The notes beneath the pieces were generated by a model. It searched no databases. It was not told the DNA's origin and saw only the letters and a program-made list of their open reading frames with translations. This document shows, piece by piece, positions 8,641 to 17,668 of a stretch of 45,497 nucleotides of DNA (positions are counted from its first letter, which is position 1; the number at the start of each line of letters is the position of its first letter). Location of the stretch: positions 1 through 45,497 of the forward strand of contig CAZOOE010000003.1 in the NCBI GenBank assembly GCA_964581275.1, written 5' to 3'. Source of the DNA: an uncultured Clostridia bacterium (lineage in GTDB: Bacteria; Acidobacteriota; Blastocatellia; UBA7656). Both the position numbers and the translations under genes were made by a program.

Positions 8641-9321
8641 ATGAGGGATGAAGATCGAGCTCAAAGTGGCATCTTAAAGCCCGCGCCCCCAATTCGGGTG
8701 GTAATTGTCGAAGACCAGCGCGAGTTGCGCGACGGGCTGGCGATGTTGATCAACGGCACGCCGGGCTATGCTTGCGCGGGCAGTTTTCGCACCATGGAAG
8801 ACGCGCTGCGCGGCGTCGCCAGAGAGTTGCCCGACCTGGTGTTGACCGACATCGGGCTGCCGGGCCTGAGCGGCACCGAAGGCATACGCATTTTGAAAGA
8901 GCGTTATCCCGATTTGCCGGTGATTGCGTTGACAGTCTACGACGACGATGACGAGATATTTGGCGCGCTGTGCGCCGGCGCGCTGGGATACCTCTTGAAG
9001 AACACGCCGCCGGTGCGGTTGCTCGAAGCCCTCAAAGAAGTTGTCTCCGGCGGCGCACCAATGTCACCGGAAATTGCGCGCCGCGTCGTTATCCTATTCA
9101 AAGATGTCCGCCCGCCCGATCGCGCCACCTATCAGTTGACCTCGCAGGAGACGGAGTTGTTAAAGCTTTTGGTCGAAGGCCACAATTACAAGACGGCGGC
9201 GGTTGAACTGTCGATCAGCATCCACACAGTCTCGTTTCACATGCACAATATCTATACCAAGCTGCAAGTTCACTCCAAATCACAAGCCGTCGCCAAAGCA
9301 CTGCGCGACCGCATCGTCTGA
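8641..9321 (+). CDS. NarL/FixJ-family response regulator (REC + LuxR HTH)
   Basis: VVIVEDQ, VLTDIGLPG (phospho-Asp), YLLKN, LTSQETELLKLLVEG...SIHTVSFHMHNIYTKLQV. Confidence 0.95.
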   Translation: MRDEDRAQSGILKPAPPIRVVIVEDQRELRDGLAMLINGTPGYACAGSFRTMEDALRGVARELPDLVLTDIGLPGLSGTEGIRILKERYPDLPVIALTVYDDDDEIFGALCAGALGYLLKNTPPVRLLEALKEVVSGGAPMSPEIARRVVILFKDVRPPDRATYQLTSQETELLKLLVEGHNYKTAAVELSISIHTVSFHMHNIYTKLQVHSKSQAVAKALRDRIV

Positions 9322-9327
9322 ATCCCA

Positions 9328-9373
9328 CCTGCTTATACAAGTAGTTACGCCAACCACCGAATGGGTGTAGAAC
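9328..9373 (+). promoter_or_regulatory. Second copy of the candidate regulator box upstream of the secreted-protein gene
   Basis: CCTGCTTA-TA-CAAGTAGT (9328-9345) shares CCTGCTTAT with the 8558 site. A weak TTACGC-N17-TAGAAC sits at the same offset. Confidence 0.45.
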
Positions 9374-9498
9374 ACAACGTGACATTTCTGAGTCGACCGT
9401 TGTGAGGCTAGTCGACTGGCGAAGACTAATCAGTCTTGCAGCCTGTTACCGCGGCTCTCAGCTCACACGACAACTGGACTGAGTAAGGAGAATCATAA

Positions 9499-11367
9499 AT
9501 GATGCGCGGCAGAATTTATCCCAGGCTATCCATTCCCTGCTTGATCGTGTTCCTGGTTTTGACCTGTTCAACCGCCGTCAGAGCTCAGATGACCGCATTC
9601 ACCTATCAAGGCAAACTCACCGACGCTGGCAATCCCGCCAACGCGAATTACGATTTTCAGTTTGCACTTTTCGACAGCCTCAACGACGGCTCTCAGATCG
9701 GCTCGACCCTCTCGCGCCCCAACGTGTCGGTCAGTAGCGGCATCTTCACCGTCCTCCTTGATTTTGACGTCAATGCCTTTCCCGGCACTAACCGCTTTTT
9801 GGAGATTGGCGTGCGCCCGGCCGGCGGCGGTTCCTTTACCACCCTCGCCCCGCGCCAGCAGATCAACTCGACTCCTTATGCCGTTCACACCATCAGCGCC
9901 ACGACCGCCGACTCCCTCTCATCCGTCTGCATCGCCTGTGTACCCGACTCACAGATCAATTCCGTTGCCGGCAGCAAGGTGACCGGCACCATCCCCGTAG
10001 CAGCTGTCCCCGCAGGCAGCGCCAATTACGTGCAAAACTCCACCTCTCAACAAGCCGCAGCCAACTTCAACATCAGCGGCAACGGGACGGCCAGCAGTGT
10101 GAACGTCAACGGCCCGGTTTCACTCGGCGCCATAGCCTCGCCCGGTGTAGCACCCGCTGGCCAAGGACGCATCTATTTCGACACCTCATCCAACAAAGTC
10201 AAAGTCTCCGAGAACGGCACCGCTTTCGTTAATCTGGTCGGCGCAAGCGGCGTCAGCGGCAGCGGCACGACCAACAGCATCCCGCTTTGGAGTGCCGGCA
10301 CCACGCTCGGCAATTCCTTGATCACCCAATCCGGCGGTCTCATCCAACTCCCCAATAACGTCGCGCTCGCTCCAGGTCTTCAAGGGAACAACGTTGCATT
10401 CGGCTCACCCAATTCTGAAACTGGCATGACCATCTCTGGCGCAAGCGGCAGAGCCGATCTCCGGTACGACGGCACGCTGAAACTGGTGAATGGGTCCGGC
10501 GGCATCCCGCTGGCAAGCAATGGAATCGCCATTGACTCGACGGGCAATGTCGGCATCGGCACGACCTCGCCCAACGGGAAATTCGAAGTGAACGCTGGTG
10601 GTTCAGGCGGCGTGATTCGCTTCCATACGCCCAACGCAGAATCGGGTATGTCAATCATTGGCACCAATCGGGCGGATGTCCGATTTGACGGCCAAACCCT
10701 CAAATTGCTCGCGGGTCTCACAACCTCTTCACCCTGTTGCGGAATCGCAGTCAACACTCAGGGCAACGTCGGCATCGGCATGTTCGCCCCGCTCACCCGT
10801 TTGGCCTTGAGCGGCGGCCCCCAGTGGACTTTAGCTCTTTGGGCAGGTTCGCTCTCTTTGCAGAATGCTTCGGCTATCGGTTGGGAAGCCAACCCCTCAG
10901 GTCAACGATTCGGCATCGGGCAAACAACCGGCGGCTTGTTCTTTTTCCGCACCACCAACGCCTTCAATACGACGATCAGCCTGCCCACTTACGATATGCA
11001 AATCACCGATACCGGCAACATCATCCAGCCCGCTGCCAGCAATGGTTTGGTCAAGGCGATGTTGGTTCTTGATGAATTCTCAAACATCATTCGCTGCTAC
11101 AACGGAATCACGAATACATCCAGCGGCAATTGCGGGTTCACGGTTACCTTGCCCCTAGATGGCGTTAACCACATCGATTTTCACTTCCCGATTTCCAGCC
11201 GGTTTGTTTCGGTTACTGCTCAATATATTGATTCCGTAGGACAGGGCTTAAACAATGGAGGCGCGAACTATCGTTTCTCTGATGCAACGTCCCTTGATGT
11301 TTTCACTTTCACTTCGGGTAACTCAGCGGACACCAGTGCTCGTCCCTTTACAATCATTATCTATTAA
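9499..11367 (+). CDS. Secreted G/S/T/N-rich tail-fibre/adhesin-like protein
   Basis: RBS TAAGGAG; signal peptide ending AVRA-Q; N-terminal TAFTYQGKL...YDFQFALFD domain; two GNVGIG-containing internal repeats; distinct Cys-containing C-terminal domain. Confidence 0.8.
   Translation: MMRGRIYPRLSIPCLIVFLVLTCSTAVRAQMTAFTYQGKLTDAGNPANANYDFQFALFDSLNDGSQIGSTLSRPNVSVSSGIFTVLLDFDVNAFPGTNRFLEIGVRPAGGGSFTTLAPRQQINSTPYAVHTISATTADSLSSVCIACVPDSQINSVAGSKVTGTIPVAAVPAGSANYVQNSTSQQAAANFNISGNGTASSVNVNGPVSLGAIASPGVAPAGQGRIYFDTSSNKVKVSENGTAFVNLVGASGVSGSGTTNSIPLWSAGTTLGNSLITQSGGLIQLPNNVALAPGLQGNNVAFGSPNSETGMTISGASGRADLRYDGTLKLVNGSGGIPLASNGIAIDSTGNVGIGTTSPNGKFEVNAGGSGGVIRFHTPNAESGMSIIGTNRADVRFDGQTLKLLAGLTTSSPCCGIAVNTQGNVGIGMFAPLTRLALSGGPQWTLALWAGSLSLQNASAIGWEANPSGQRFGIGQTTGGLFFFRTTNAFNTTISLPTYDMQITDTGNIIQPAASNGLVKAMLVLDEFSNIIRCYNGITNTSSGNCGFTVTLPLDGVNHIDFHFPISSRFVSVTAQYIDSVGQGLNNGGANYRFSDATSLDVFTFTSGNSADTSARPFTIIIY
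10393..10791 (+). repeat. Two intragenic repeats with ~74-codon period
   Basis: FGSPNSETGMTISGASGRADLRYDGTLKLV..GIAIDSTGNVGIGTTSP versus FHTPNAESGMSIIGTNRADVRFDGQTLKLL..GIAVNTQGNVGIGMFAP. Confidence 0.8.
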
Positions 11368-11469
11368 CAGAGATGGCAGCCTTCAGAGATGGAAACAATC
11401 GCGGGCTCGTCGCGCGTCCGTTTCGGGAGGCGCGACTTGGAGAAAGAGCTTGTTTAGGCGGCGCATCAA

Positions 11470-11499
11470 ATCAAAAGCGGCAGCCGATTGACTGCCGCT
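11470..11499 (-). terminator. Rho-independent terminator (minus strand)
   Basis: AGCGGCAG...CTGCCGCT stem, followed by TTTTGATTT on the minus strand, between convergent genes. Confidence 0.6.
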
Positions 11500-11631
11500 A
11501 ATTAACTAGAACGCGGATTGGGTGCCGGGCCTCCAATATTGCAGTTTTTACCAAGCGCAGGCGTCACTAGGCGTCCAAAATTGGGGTTCTTTGATACGGC
11601 TTCAATCTCAGAATAGAAAGTCGTCGGCTGA

Positions 11632-12492
11632 CTAGCTCGATATTCGGGTTACTCTTCGCGGATTTGAATCACTATTAAGCGGCGAGCCAACGCTCAGGTC
11701 TGTATCCAACCCCGCGAGCGCCTGGCCGCTATCGCTTAACATTTGGTCATAGTAAGATCGAAACTCGTCATTCATCTCAAGTTTGACGAGCAATTCATCA
11801 ACAACTCCAGAGATCCCGCGAACGTCGGTCATGCTGTAGACTTCATCCTGGATGAGTTGCAACGAATCGCTCACTACACGCAGGCGAGCCTCTATCAACC
11901 GAACCAGTTCGCTGAGCTGTCGCGCTTTGTTAATGCGTTGCCGCAGGATCTGAATGTTCTGATCCATCGTTGTGCGGACCTGTTCGGATTGCTCCCCGGG
12001 CGCTGCCTTTTCCAGCCGGCGACACTCCTTCTCCAAACCTGCACCAATATCATCGTAATTCCGATTGGCGAGCAAGCAGTGGCCGCGTAACATCCTGATA
12101 TACTCAAGCCGGAAGCTGGAAAGCTTTTCCACAATACCTTCCAGCATCGACGCCGACTTGTCCTGGTCGATTTCACTTGTTCGCTTCTCGATTTCCACAC
12201 AAAGCCGTCTGATAGCGGAGAAATCGTTCTTATATTGTTCGGGCAAACCTGCCAATATCTGATTCTCCGTGTTTTCCTGCTCACGCCTGCGTTCCCGCTC
12301 GGCGCGAGCCCGCAGCAGTCTTTGTACTGAAGCGGTTTGAGCGAGCATCAGAACGCTTAATTCGCCGGCCAGCAAAAGAAATAGCAGAGCGGGATGTATC
12401 ACCAGCGATAGAAAGACCATAATCCCGATAAAAAGAAGATTGGGGAAGCTCTGATACAGCGCCTTAATGTAGCTAATTTCGGGAAGCGACAT
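11632..12492 (-). CDS. Membrane-anchored coiled-coil hypothetical protein
   Basis: An N-terminal hydrophobic hairpin (LLFIGIMVFLSLVIHPALLFLLLAGELSVLML) is followed by long L/E/R-rich heptad helices. Alternative start at 12516. Confidence 0.8.
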   Translation of the reverse strand: MSLPEISYIKALYQSFPNLLFIGIMVFLSLVIHPALLFLLLAGELSVLMLAQTASVQRLLRARAERERRREQENTENQILAGLPEQYKNDFSAIRRLCVEIEKRTSEIDQDKSASMLEGIVEKLSSFRLEYIRMLRGHCLLANRNYDDIGAGLEKECRRLEKAAPGEQSEQVRTTMDQNIQILRQRINKARQLSELVRLIEARLRVVSDSLQLIQDEVYSMTDVRGISGVVDELLVKLEMNDEFRSYYDQMLSDSGQALAGLDTDLSVGSPLNSDSNPRRVTRISS

Positions 12493-12725
12493 GAAGCGGC
12501 CCTTTCTTCGTTTCATTCCAGGAGTCGGGCCATTATATAGTGTAGCAGTTCTGGTGGCTATTCACGGTTGTGGCTCTGCATGAGTACTCTAAGCATATAT
12601 GCAGTTTCTTCGAGAATGAGATCCAGTCAGTTAGTCAGCGTTAACGTCGTCTAGTAGAACGCGTGAGTTGCTAGTTATAGCGTCAATAGACGAGGACTTC
12701 GAAACTTCGCAATGGAGTAAGGAGA

Positions 12726-14408
12726 ATGTCATTCAGGCGCATCCGTTGGACGTGCATACTCCTATCAGCACTGCTTGTTTTGCAATCCTGCTCGTCTCAA
12801 CAAGAGGCGAAGAAAGATAGCGTTGAGACGGCCCCGCCCGGCAGCATCGAGTTGATCTTCACCTATGGGTCGGAGAAAGAAGCGTGGATCAAGGACGTTA
12901 CCTCGAAGTTTAATCGCGACGACCACAAGACAGGCGCGGGGAAGAAGATTTTTGTCACCGCCATTCCGATGGGCTCGGGCGATGCCGTCGATGAGGTGCT
13001 GTCTGGCAGGCGACAGACGCATCTGATCAGCCCCGCTTCCGCAGCGTTTATTAAGCTAGGCAACGCCGGGTCGAGAACAAAGACGGGCAAAGAGCTTGTT
13101 TCTTCCACTGAGACACTTATGCTGTCTCCGGTTGTCATTGCTATGTGGAAACCGATGGCCGAAGCTCTCGGTTGGGGCAAGAAACCTATCGGATGGTCAG
13201 AAATCCTGACGTTAGCGCGCGACCCTCGTGGATGGTCCGCATATGGGCAAGCCCAATGGGGTAAGTTCAAGTTCGGCCATACCCATCCGGAATTCAGTAA
13301 CAGCGGGTTGATCTCGCTGCTGGCGGAGATTTATGCCGCGACAGGTAAAGTGGCTGGTCTCACTATCCAGGATGTCAATAAGCCTGCCATTGCCGGCTAC
13401 CTGGCTAGCATCGAGCAGGCAGTTGTTCACTATGGAAGCTCCACCGGCTTCTTCAATACCAAGCTGCTGGCCAATGGACCCGAGTACCTCAGCGCAGCGG
13501 TTCTTTATGAAAGCAATGTTATCGAATCCTATTCCTCCCAATACAATCTCACCTTTCCGGTTGTAGCAATCTATCCCAAAGAAGGAACATTCTGGAGCGA
13601 TCATCCAGTGGGGATAGTCGAAAGGGATTGGGTTACTCCGGAACATCGAGATGCCGCTAAGGCATACATTCGGTACTTGCTTGAGCGCAGCCAGCAAGAG
13701 AAAACAGTCGGATACGGCTTTCACCCTGCCGATGTGAATATCCAGCTCACTGCTCCATTCGACGCGGCTCATGGCGTTGATCCTAAAGAACCCAAGACTA
13801 CGCTGGAGGTGCCATCGGTCGAAGTAATGGATGCAATCATCAGCCTTTGGCGCTCGCATAAGAAACACTCGAACATAATTCTGGTCCTCGATACCTCTGG
13901 CAGCATGAAGGAAGACGGAAAGATGCCGAGCGCGAAACTCGGTGCCAAACAACTGATTTCAATATTGGACAGCAAAGACTATCTATCGATACTACCGTTC
14001 AGCAGCGAGCCGTCTTGGGGAGCAAAAGACTTGTTGGTCGAAAGAGAGCGCGAGTCCGCGGCGCGAATTATCGATTCGCTATTCCCGTCGGGCGAAACTG
14101 CCCTCTACGACTCGATAGCTCAGGCCTACCAATCTCTTTTGGACAATCCAAAGGGCGACAAGATTTCGGCGATTGTGGTGCTGACTGACGGCGCGGACAC
14201 CAAGAGCAAGACGTCTTTGGACGAGCTCCTCAACAAGATACGATTCGATAGCGAGAAGAACGCCGTTCGCGTCTTCACTATTGCCTATGGTAAAGACGCT
14301 GTGAAGGAAGTGCTGAAGTCAATCGCCGATGCTACGCAGGCGAAATTCTACGAAGGAACCCCCGAAAACATCGAGTCGGTGTTCAAGGAAATCTCAACCT
14401 TTTTCTAA
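12726..14408 (+). CDS. Lipoprotein with extracellular solute-binding (PBP type II-like) domain and C-terminal vWA domain
   Basis: RBS TAAGGAG; lipobox LQSC; intact MIDAS (DTSGS, GETALYD, LTDG); N-terminal YGSEK...SPVVIAMWKPMAEALGW...GHTHP..SNSG...YES region. Confidence 0.9.
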   Translation: MSFRRIRWTCILLSALLVLQSCSSQQEAKKDSVETAPPGSIELIFTYGSEKEAWIKDVTSKFNRDDHKTGAGKKIFVTAIPMGSGDAVDEVLSGRRQTHLISPASAAFIKLGNAGSRTKTGKELVSSTETLMLSPVVIAMWKPMAEALGWGKKPIGWSEILTLARDPRGWSAYGQAQWGKFKFGHTHPEFSNSGLISLLAEIYAATGKVAGLTIQDVNKPAIAGYLASIEQAVVHYGSSTGFFNTKLLANGPEYLSAAVLYESNVIESYSSQYNLTFPVVAIYPKEGTFWSDHPVGIVERDWVTPEHRDAAKAYIRYLLERSQQEKTVGYGFHPADVNIQLTAPFDAAHGVDPKEPKTTLEVPSVEVMDAIISLWRSHKKHSNIILVLDTSGSMKEDGKMPSAKLGAKQLISILDSKDYLSILPFSSEPSWGAKDLLVERERESAARIIDSLFPSGETALYDSIAQAYQSLLDNPKGDKISAIVVLTDGADTKSKTSLDELLNKIRFDSEKNAVRVFTIAYGKDAVKEVLKSIADATQAKFYEGTPENIESVFKEISTFF

Positions 14409-14431
14409 CACGTTGTCGACGAGGACCGATC

Positions 14432-15631
14432 ATGCCAAATGGCAAACCGTCACTAATAGGAAAAATCATTATCGTGCTCGTCATAGTGGGATGCGCCTAT
14501 GCGGCCTATTTCTTCATGGTGAAGAAGAAGTCATCCGATGAACCGGGCTCGACGCCGGAAGCAGCAAAGAGCGCGCAATCCAGCCAGTGGAAAGGAACTA
14601 CGGTTGAGATTGGAATCGCTTACGGCACCGAAAAAAGGACCTGGCTGGAGTGGGCGGTGCAAGAGTTCGCAAAGACTTCTGATGGTCAAAAGATCAAGAT
14701 CAATCTCATTCCGAAGGGATCGCAAGAAGGCGCGCAAGCTTTGGTCGGCGGAGATAAAACGATCAACGCATGGTCGCCGGCGAGTTCACTCTATAAGGAC
14801 ACATTTGTACAGGACTGGCAAATCAAGTACAACAATAACCCGATCTTGAAGGAAGAGAGCCTAGCGCTGACTCCGATGGTGTTTGTGATATGGGAAGAGC
14901 GATATCAAGCCTTCATTCAGAAGTACAAGGCCCTAAACTTCACCACGGTCTCACAGGCTCTACAGGAGAAAGGCGGTTGGGACGCGATCGCCAAACGGCC
15001 TGAATGGGGTCTTTTTAAGCTTGGACACACGCTGCCCAGCAAGTCAAACAGTGGTCTGATGACCCTTGTCTTAATGGCTTACGATTTCACTGCAAAAACG
15101 CGTGGTCTGACGCTGAAGGACGTCCTAAATGTCGATTTTCAAAACTGGATGCTAAAGATGGAGCAGGGCGTAAACGGACGTTCCGACAGCACGGGCACAT
15201 TGATGCGGGAGATGGTGCTCAAGGGTCCTTCTTCCTTTGATACCGTGTTTGTTTACGAAAGCGTTGCCATCGATTTTCTCAAAAGCGCCGAAGGGCGCTG
15301 GGGACAACTCCATATTGTTTACCCGAGAGAAAACATGTGGAGCGAGAATCCTTACTACATCATTGATGCTTCGTGGAGCTCCAAGGAGCAGCGAGGCGCC
15401 GCCGAGGTATACTTGACCTTCTTGTTAACAGAGCCGATTCAACGAGAGTCTCTCAAACACGGCTTTCGCCCCGCAAATACCAATGTTCCAATCATCGTTC
15501 CTGACAGTCCGTTTAGCATCTATCAAAAATATGGGTTGCAAATTGAACCTGGCTCTACCTCGGAGCCTCCCGCTGCGGAGATCATCAATAACCTGCTTGC
15601 TATCTGGCAGCGAAACCAGGGCGGCAGATGA
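14432..15631 (+). CDS. Membrane-anchored solute-binding-like protein, paralogue of the upstream SBP domain, no vWA
   Basis: N-terminal TM anchor. YGTEKRTW, TPMVFVIW, FKLGHTLPSKSNSGL, VYESVAI and HGFRP align by eye with the upstream protein. Confidence 0.85.
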   Translation: MPNGKPSLIGKIIIVLVIVGCAYAAYFFMVKKKSSDEPGSTPEAAKSAQSSQWKGTTVEIGIAYGTEKRTWLEWAVQEFAKTSDGQKIKINLIPKGSQEGAQALVGGDKTINAWSPASSLYKDTFVQDWQIKYNNNPILKEESLALTPMVFVIWEERYQAFIQKYKALNFTTVSQALQEKGGWDAIAKRPEWGLFKLGHTLPSKSNSGLMTLVLMAYDFTAKTRGLTLKDVLNVDFQNWMLKMEQGVNGRSDSTGTLMREMVLKGPSSFDTVFVYESVAIDFLKSAEGRWGQLHIVYPRENMWSENPYYIIDASWSSKEQRGAAEVYLTFLLTEPIQRESLKHGFRPANTNVPIIVPDSPFSIYQKYGLQIEPGSTSEPPAAEIINNLLAIWQRNQGGR

Positions 15632-15643
15632 AATTTGGAATAT

Positions 15644-15850
15644 ATGGAGTTATTCTTCCGAGCGCTGGCGGACAAGACGCGAATGCGGGCGTTGAACCTG
15701 TTAGGTGACGATGAGGTATGTGTCTGCTTCTTGGTAGAGACTCTGCAAATGAACCAGCCGAAGTTGGTTCGTGTGTTTTGCGCAGCCGATTTGCCAGTTC
15801 AGCTTCAGGGAGCACCGCGGCCGGCAAGCTATCTATCCACCAAGAGCTAA
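15644..15850 (+). pseudogene. Truncated ArsR/SmtB-family regulator
   Basis: FFRALADKTRMRALNLLGDDEVCVC...MNQPK then diverges before the expected SRHL recognition helix. Confidence 0.7.
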
Positions 15851-16119
15851 AGAGGAGAAACACTTTGGCGCGTTGTGATATATATATATAGGAGGATCAT
15901 CGAACCGCCAATGGAGAATGATGTATAATTAGCCGATCCGCCGTCTCCCACATTTCATAATCCTGAAAAAAATTCCAAACAAATTTCGAATTCCTACTTT
16001 GGTTGTTAACAGCCAGCCGCCCGTCGCGTTATTCCTTGTAGTCGATCTGTGCTTCAGACGGCAATCGAGATTTATGTGCGCGAGATTATTGCAGAGCTCT
16101 GCAGACCAAAGGCTGCTTT

Positions 16120-17592
16120 ATGAAGATTCACTTGCTACTGAGCTTGACGCTTTTGTTCTCCGCCGCCGCACAATCTGCGTATCGAATCAAGGCGGCGGAG
16201 GCGGCCAGTCTTAGCATCGAACAACTCCAGCAGGATTTCGATCTTTTTAGAAGGTCTTTGGAAGAAGGCCACCCCGGAATCTATCGCTACACAACAAGAC
16301 ATGAAATGGATCGCATCTTCTCGCGTGCGAACCATGCAATCACAAGACAGCTAAGCTTAGCAGATTTCTATCGCATTCTGGCCCACGTGCTCGCGGCAAT
16401 CAAGTGCGGTCACAGCGAACTATTTCCTCCTCGATCCTCACCTGCGGAGATCGAGAAGACCATATTGCCAATCGATGTACGTGTCATCGACGGAAGACTC
16501 TACATACTCCACGATTATGATGATAATCGTGACACGTTGGCCGGGAACGAGATGCTGTCGGTTAACGGCGTTCCAGCGAATAGGTTGCTGGCGACTATCC
16601 TGCAGGCTGTACCCGGAGATGCGAATGGAAAGAGTACCCGTACCTATCGAATCGGGCACGACCGAGGCTTCGCCCGGATGCTTGACTCCATGTTCGAAAT
16701 ACGCAGCCCTTTTTTCATCGTCTATCGCAACTCAATAACCCTCAAGACGAAGGAGGCCCAGGTATTAGGCCTCTCAGAAGGACGAATCACTAGGATCGTT
16801 AATAGTCGCCAGGGTTCTCGGCCAAGTCCGTTCGCTTCTGCCCATCTTGAGTTCCTCGATGGTGGCAAGATAGCTGTGCTAAAGATCTATGGCTTCGGCG
16901 GAATGGCCGGCAAACCGCTCACATCGCTAGGGAAGTTCATCGACGACGCGTTTCGCCGCATTCATGACAGCCGCTCAAACACGTTGATAATCGATGTTCG
17001 CGATAACGACGGCGGTCAGCACGAACTTGGAGAAAGACTATTCTCGTACTTGGTCGACAAGCCGTTTCTCTACTACAGAGACCTGATTCTGAACGCACGT
17101 AGTTTTTCGTTTATGCCGTATGCCGATTCCTCCGAATCCATTCAGGAGAATGTGGTGACACTGGGCAAAGACGGCAAGTACCATCACACTGGCCAGGCTA
17201 ATTGGGGCACGCAGCTCCCACGCGAACCCCATTTCAACGGGAAAGTGATCGTACTAATGAACGGCGGCAGCTTCTCTGCTACTAGCGAGTTTCTTGCGAT
17301 GACGCGGTCGCTCACCAAAGCAACCTTGATTGGCGAAGAGTCGGGTGGAGCGTTCCAAGGCAACAACTCGGGCTTGAAATACGACATTACTCTGCCCAAT
17401 TCAAAGATTGTGCTGCGAATGCCGGTGGTGAGCTACTGTATGGCCGTTCAGAAGGCTCAGCCAATGGATCGCGGCGTTCTGCCGGATGTTATGGTTCACT
17501 ATTCGATCGCCGAAATGGTGAGCAGGACGGACAAGGAGATGGGCCTGGCGCTTAAACTGGCGAGCCGAGGAACGCGGCCACGATCACGATAA
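16120..17592 (+). CDS. Secreted S41-family peptidase
   Basis: Signal peptide; LEEGHPGIYRY; IKCGHS; PDZ-like LSVNG; LIIDVRDNDGG; GSFSATSEF; IGEESGG; RGVLPD. Confidence 0.9.
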   Translation: MKIHLLLSLTLLFSAAAQSAYRIKAAEAASLSIEQLQQDFDLFRRSLEEGHPGIYRYTTRHEMDRIFSRANHAITRQLSLADFYRILAHVLAAIKCGHSELFPPRSSPAEIEKTILPIDVRVIDGRLYILHDYDDNRDTLAGNEMLSVNGVPANRLLATILQAVPGDANGKSTRTYRIGHDRGFARMLDSMFEIRSPFFIVYRNSITLKTKEAQVLGLSEGRITRIVNSRQGSRPSPFASAHLEFLDGGKIAVLKIYGFGGMAGKPLTSLGKFIDDAFRRIHDSRSNTLIIDVRDNDGGQHELGERLFSYLVDKPFLYYRDLILNARSFSFMPYADSSESIQENVVTLGKDGKYHHTGQANWGTQLPREPHFNGKVIVLMNGGSFSATSEFLAMTRSLTKATLIGEESGGAFQGNNSGLKYDITLPNSKIVLRMPVVSYCMAVQKAQPMDRGVLPDVMVHYSIAEMVSRTDKEMGLALKLASRGTRPRSR

Positions 17593-17620
17593 AGCTATAT
17601 TCAATCTTCGAGATATTACG

Positions 17621-17654
17621 TTGACCTCGGGAGTTATAGATGATATACATCATC
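17621..17654 (+). promoter_or_regulatory. tetR promoter with overlapping palindromic operator
   Basis: TTGACC-N17-TATACA; GATGAT-atac-ATCATC (17639-17654) covers the -10. Confidence 0.65.
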
Positions 17655-17668
17655 CTTTAGGGCTTCAT

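Noticed and set aside
9499-11367. Prophage tail gene or diversity-generating retroelement target
   Set aside because: It has a Sec signal peptide, and I saw no phage structural genes, reverse transcriptase or TR/VR repeat pair in the window.
15878-15890. TA microsatellite as a phase-variation switch
   Set aside because: It is short and intergenic, and I cannot place it within a convincing promoter.
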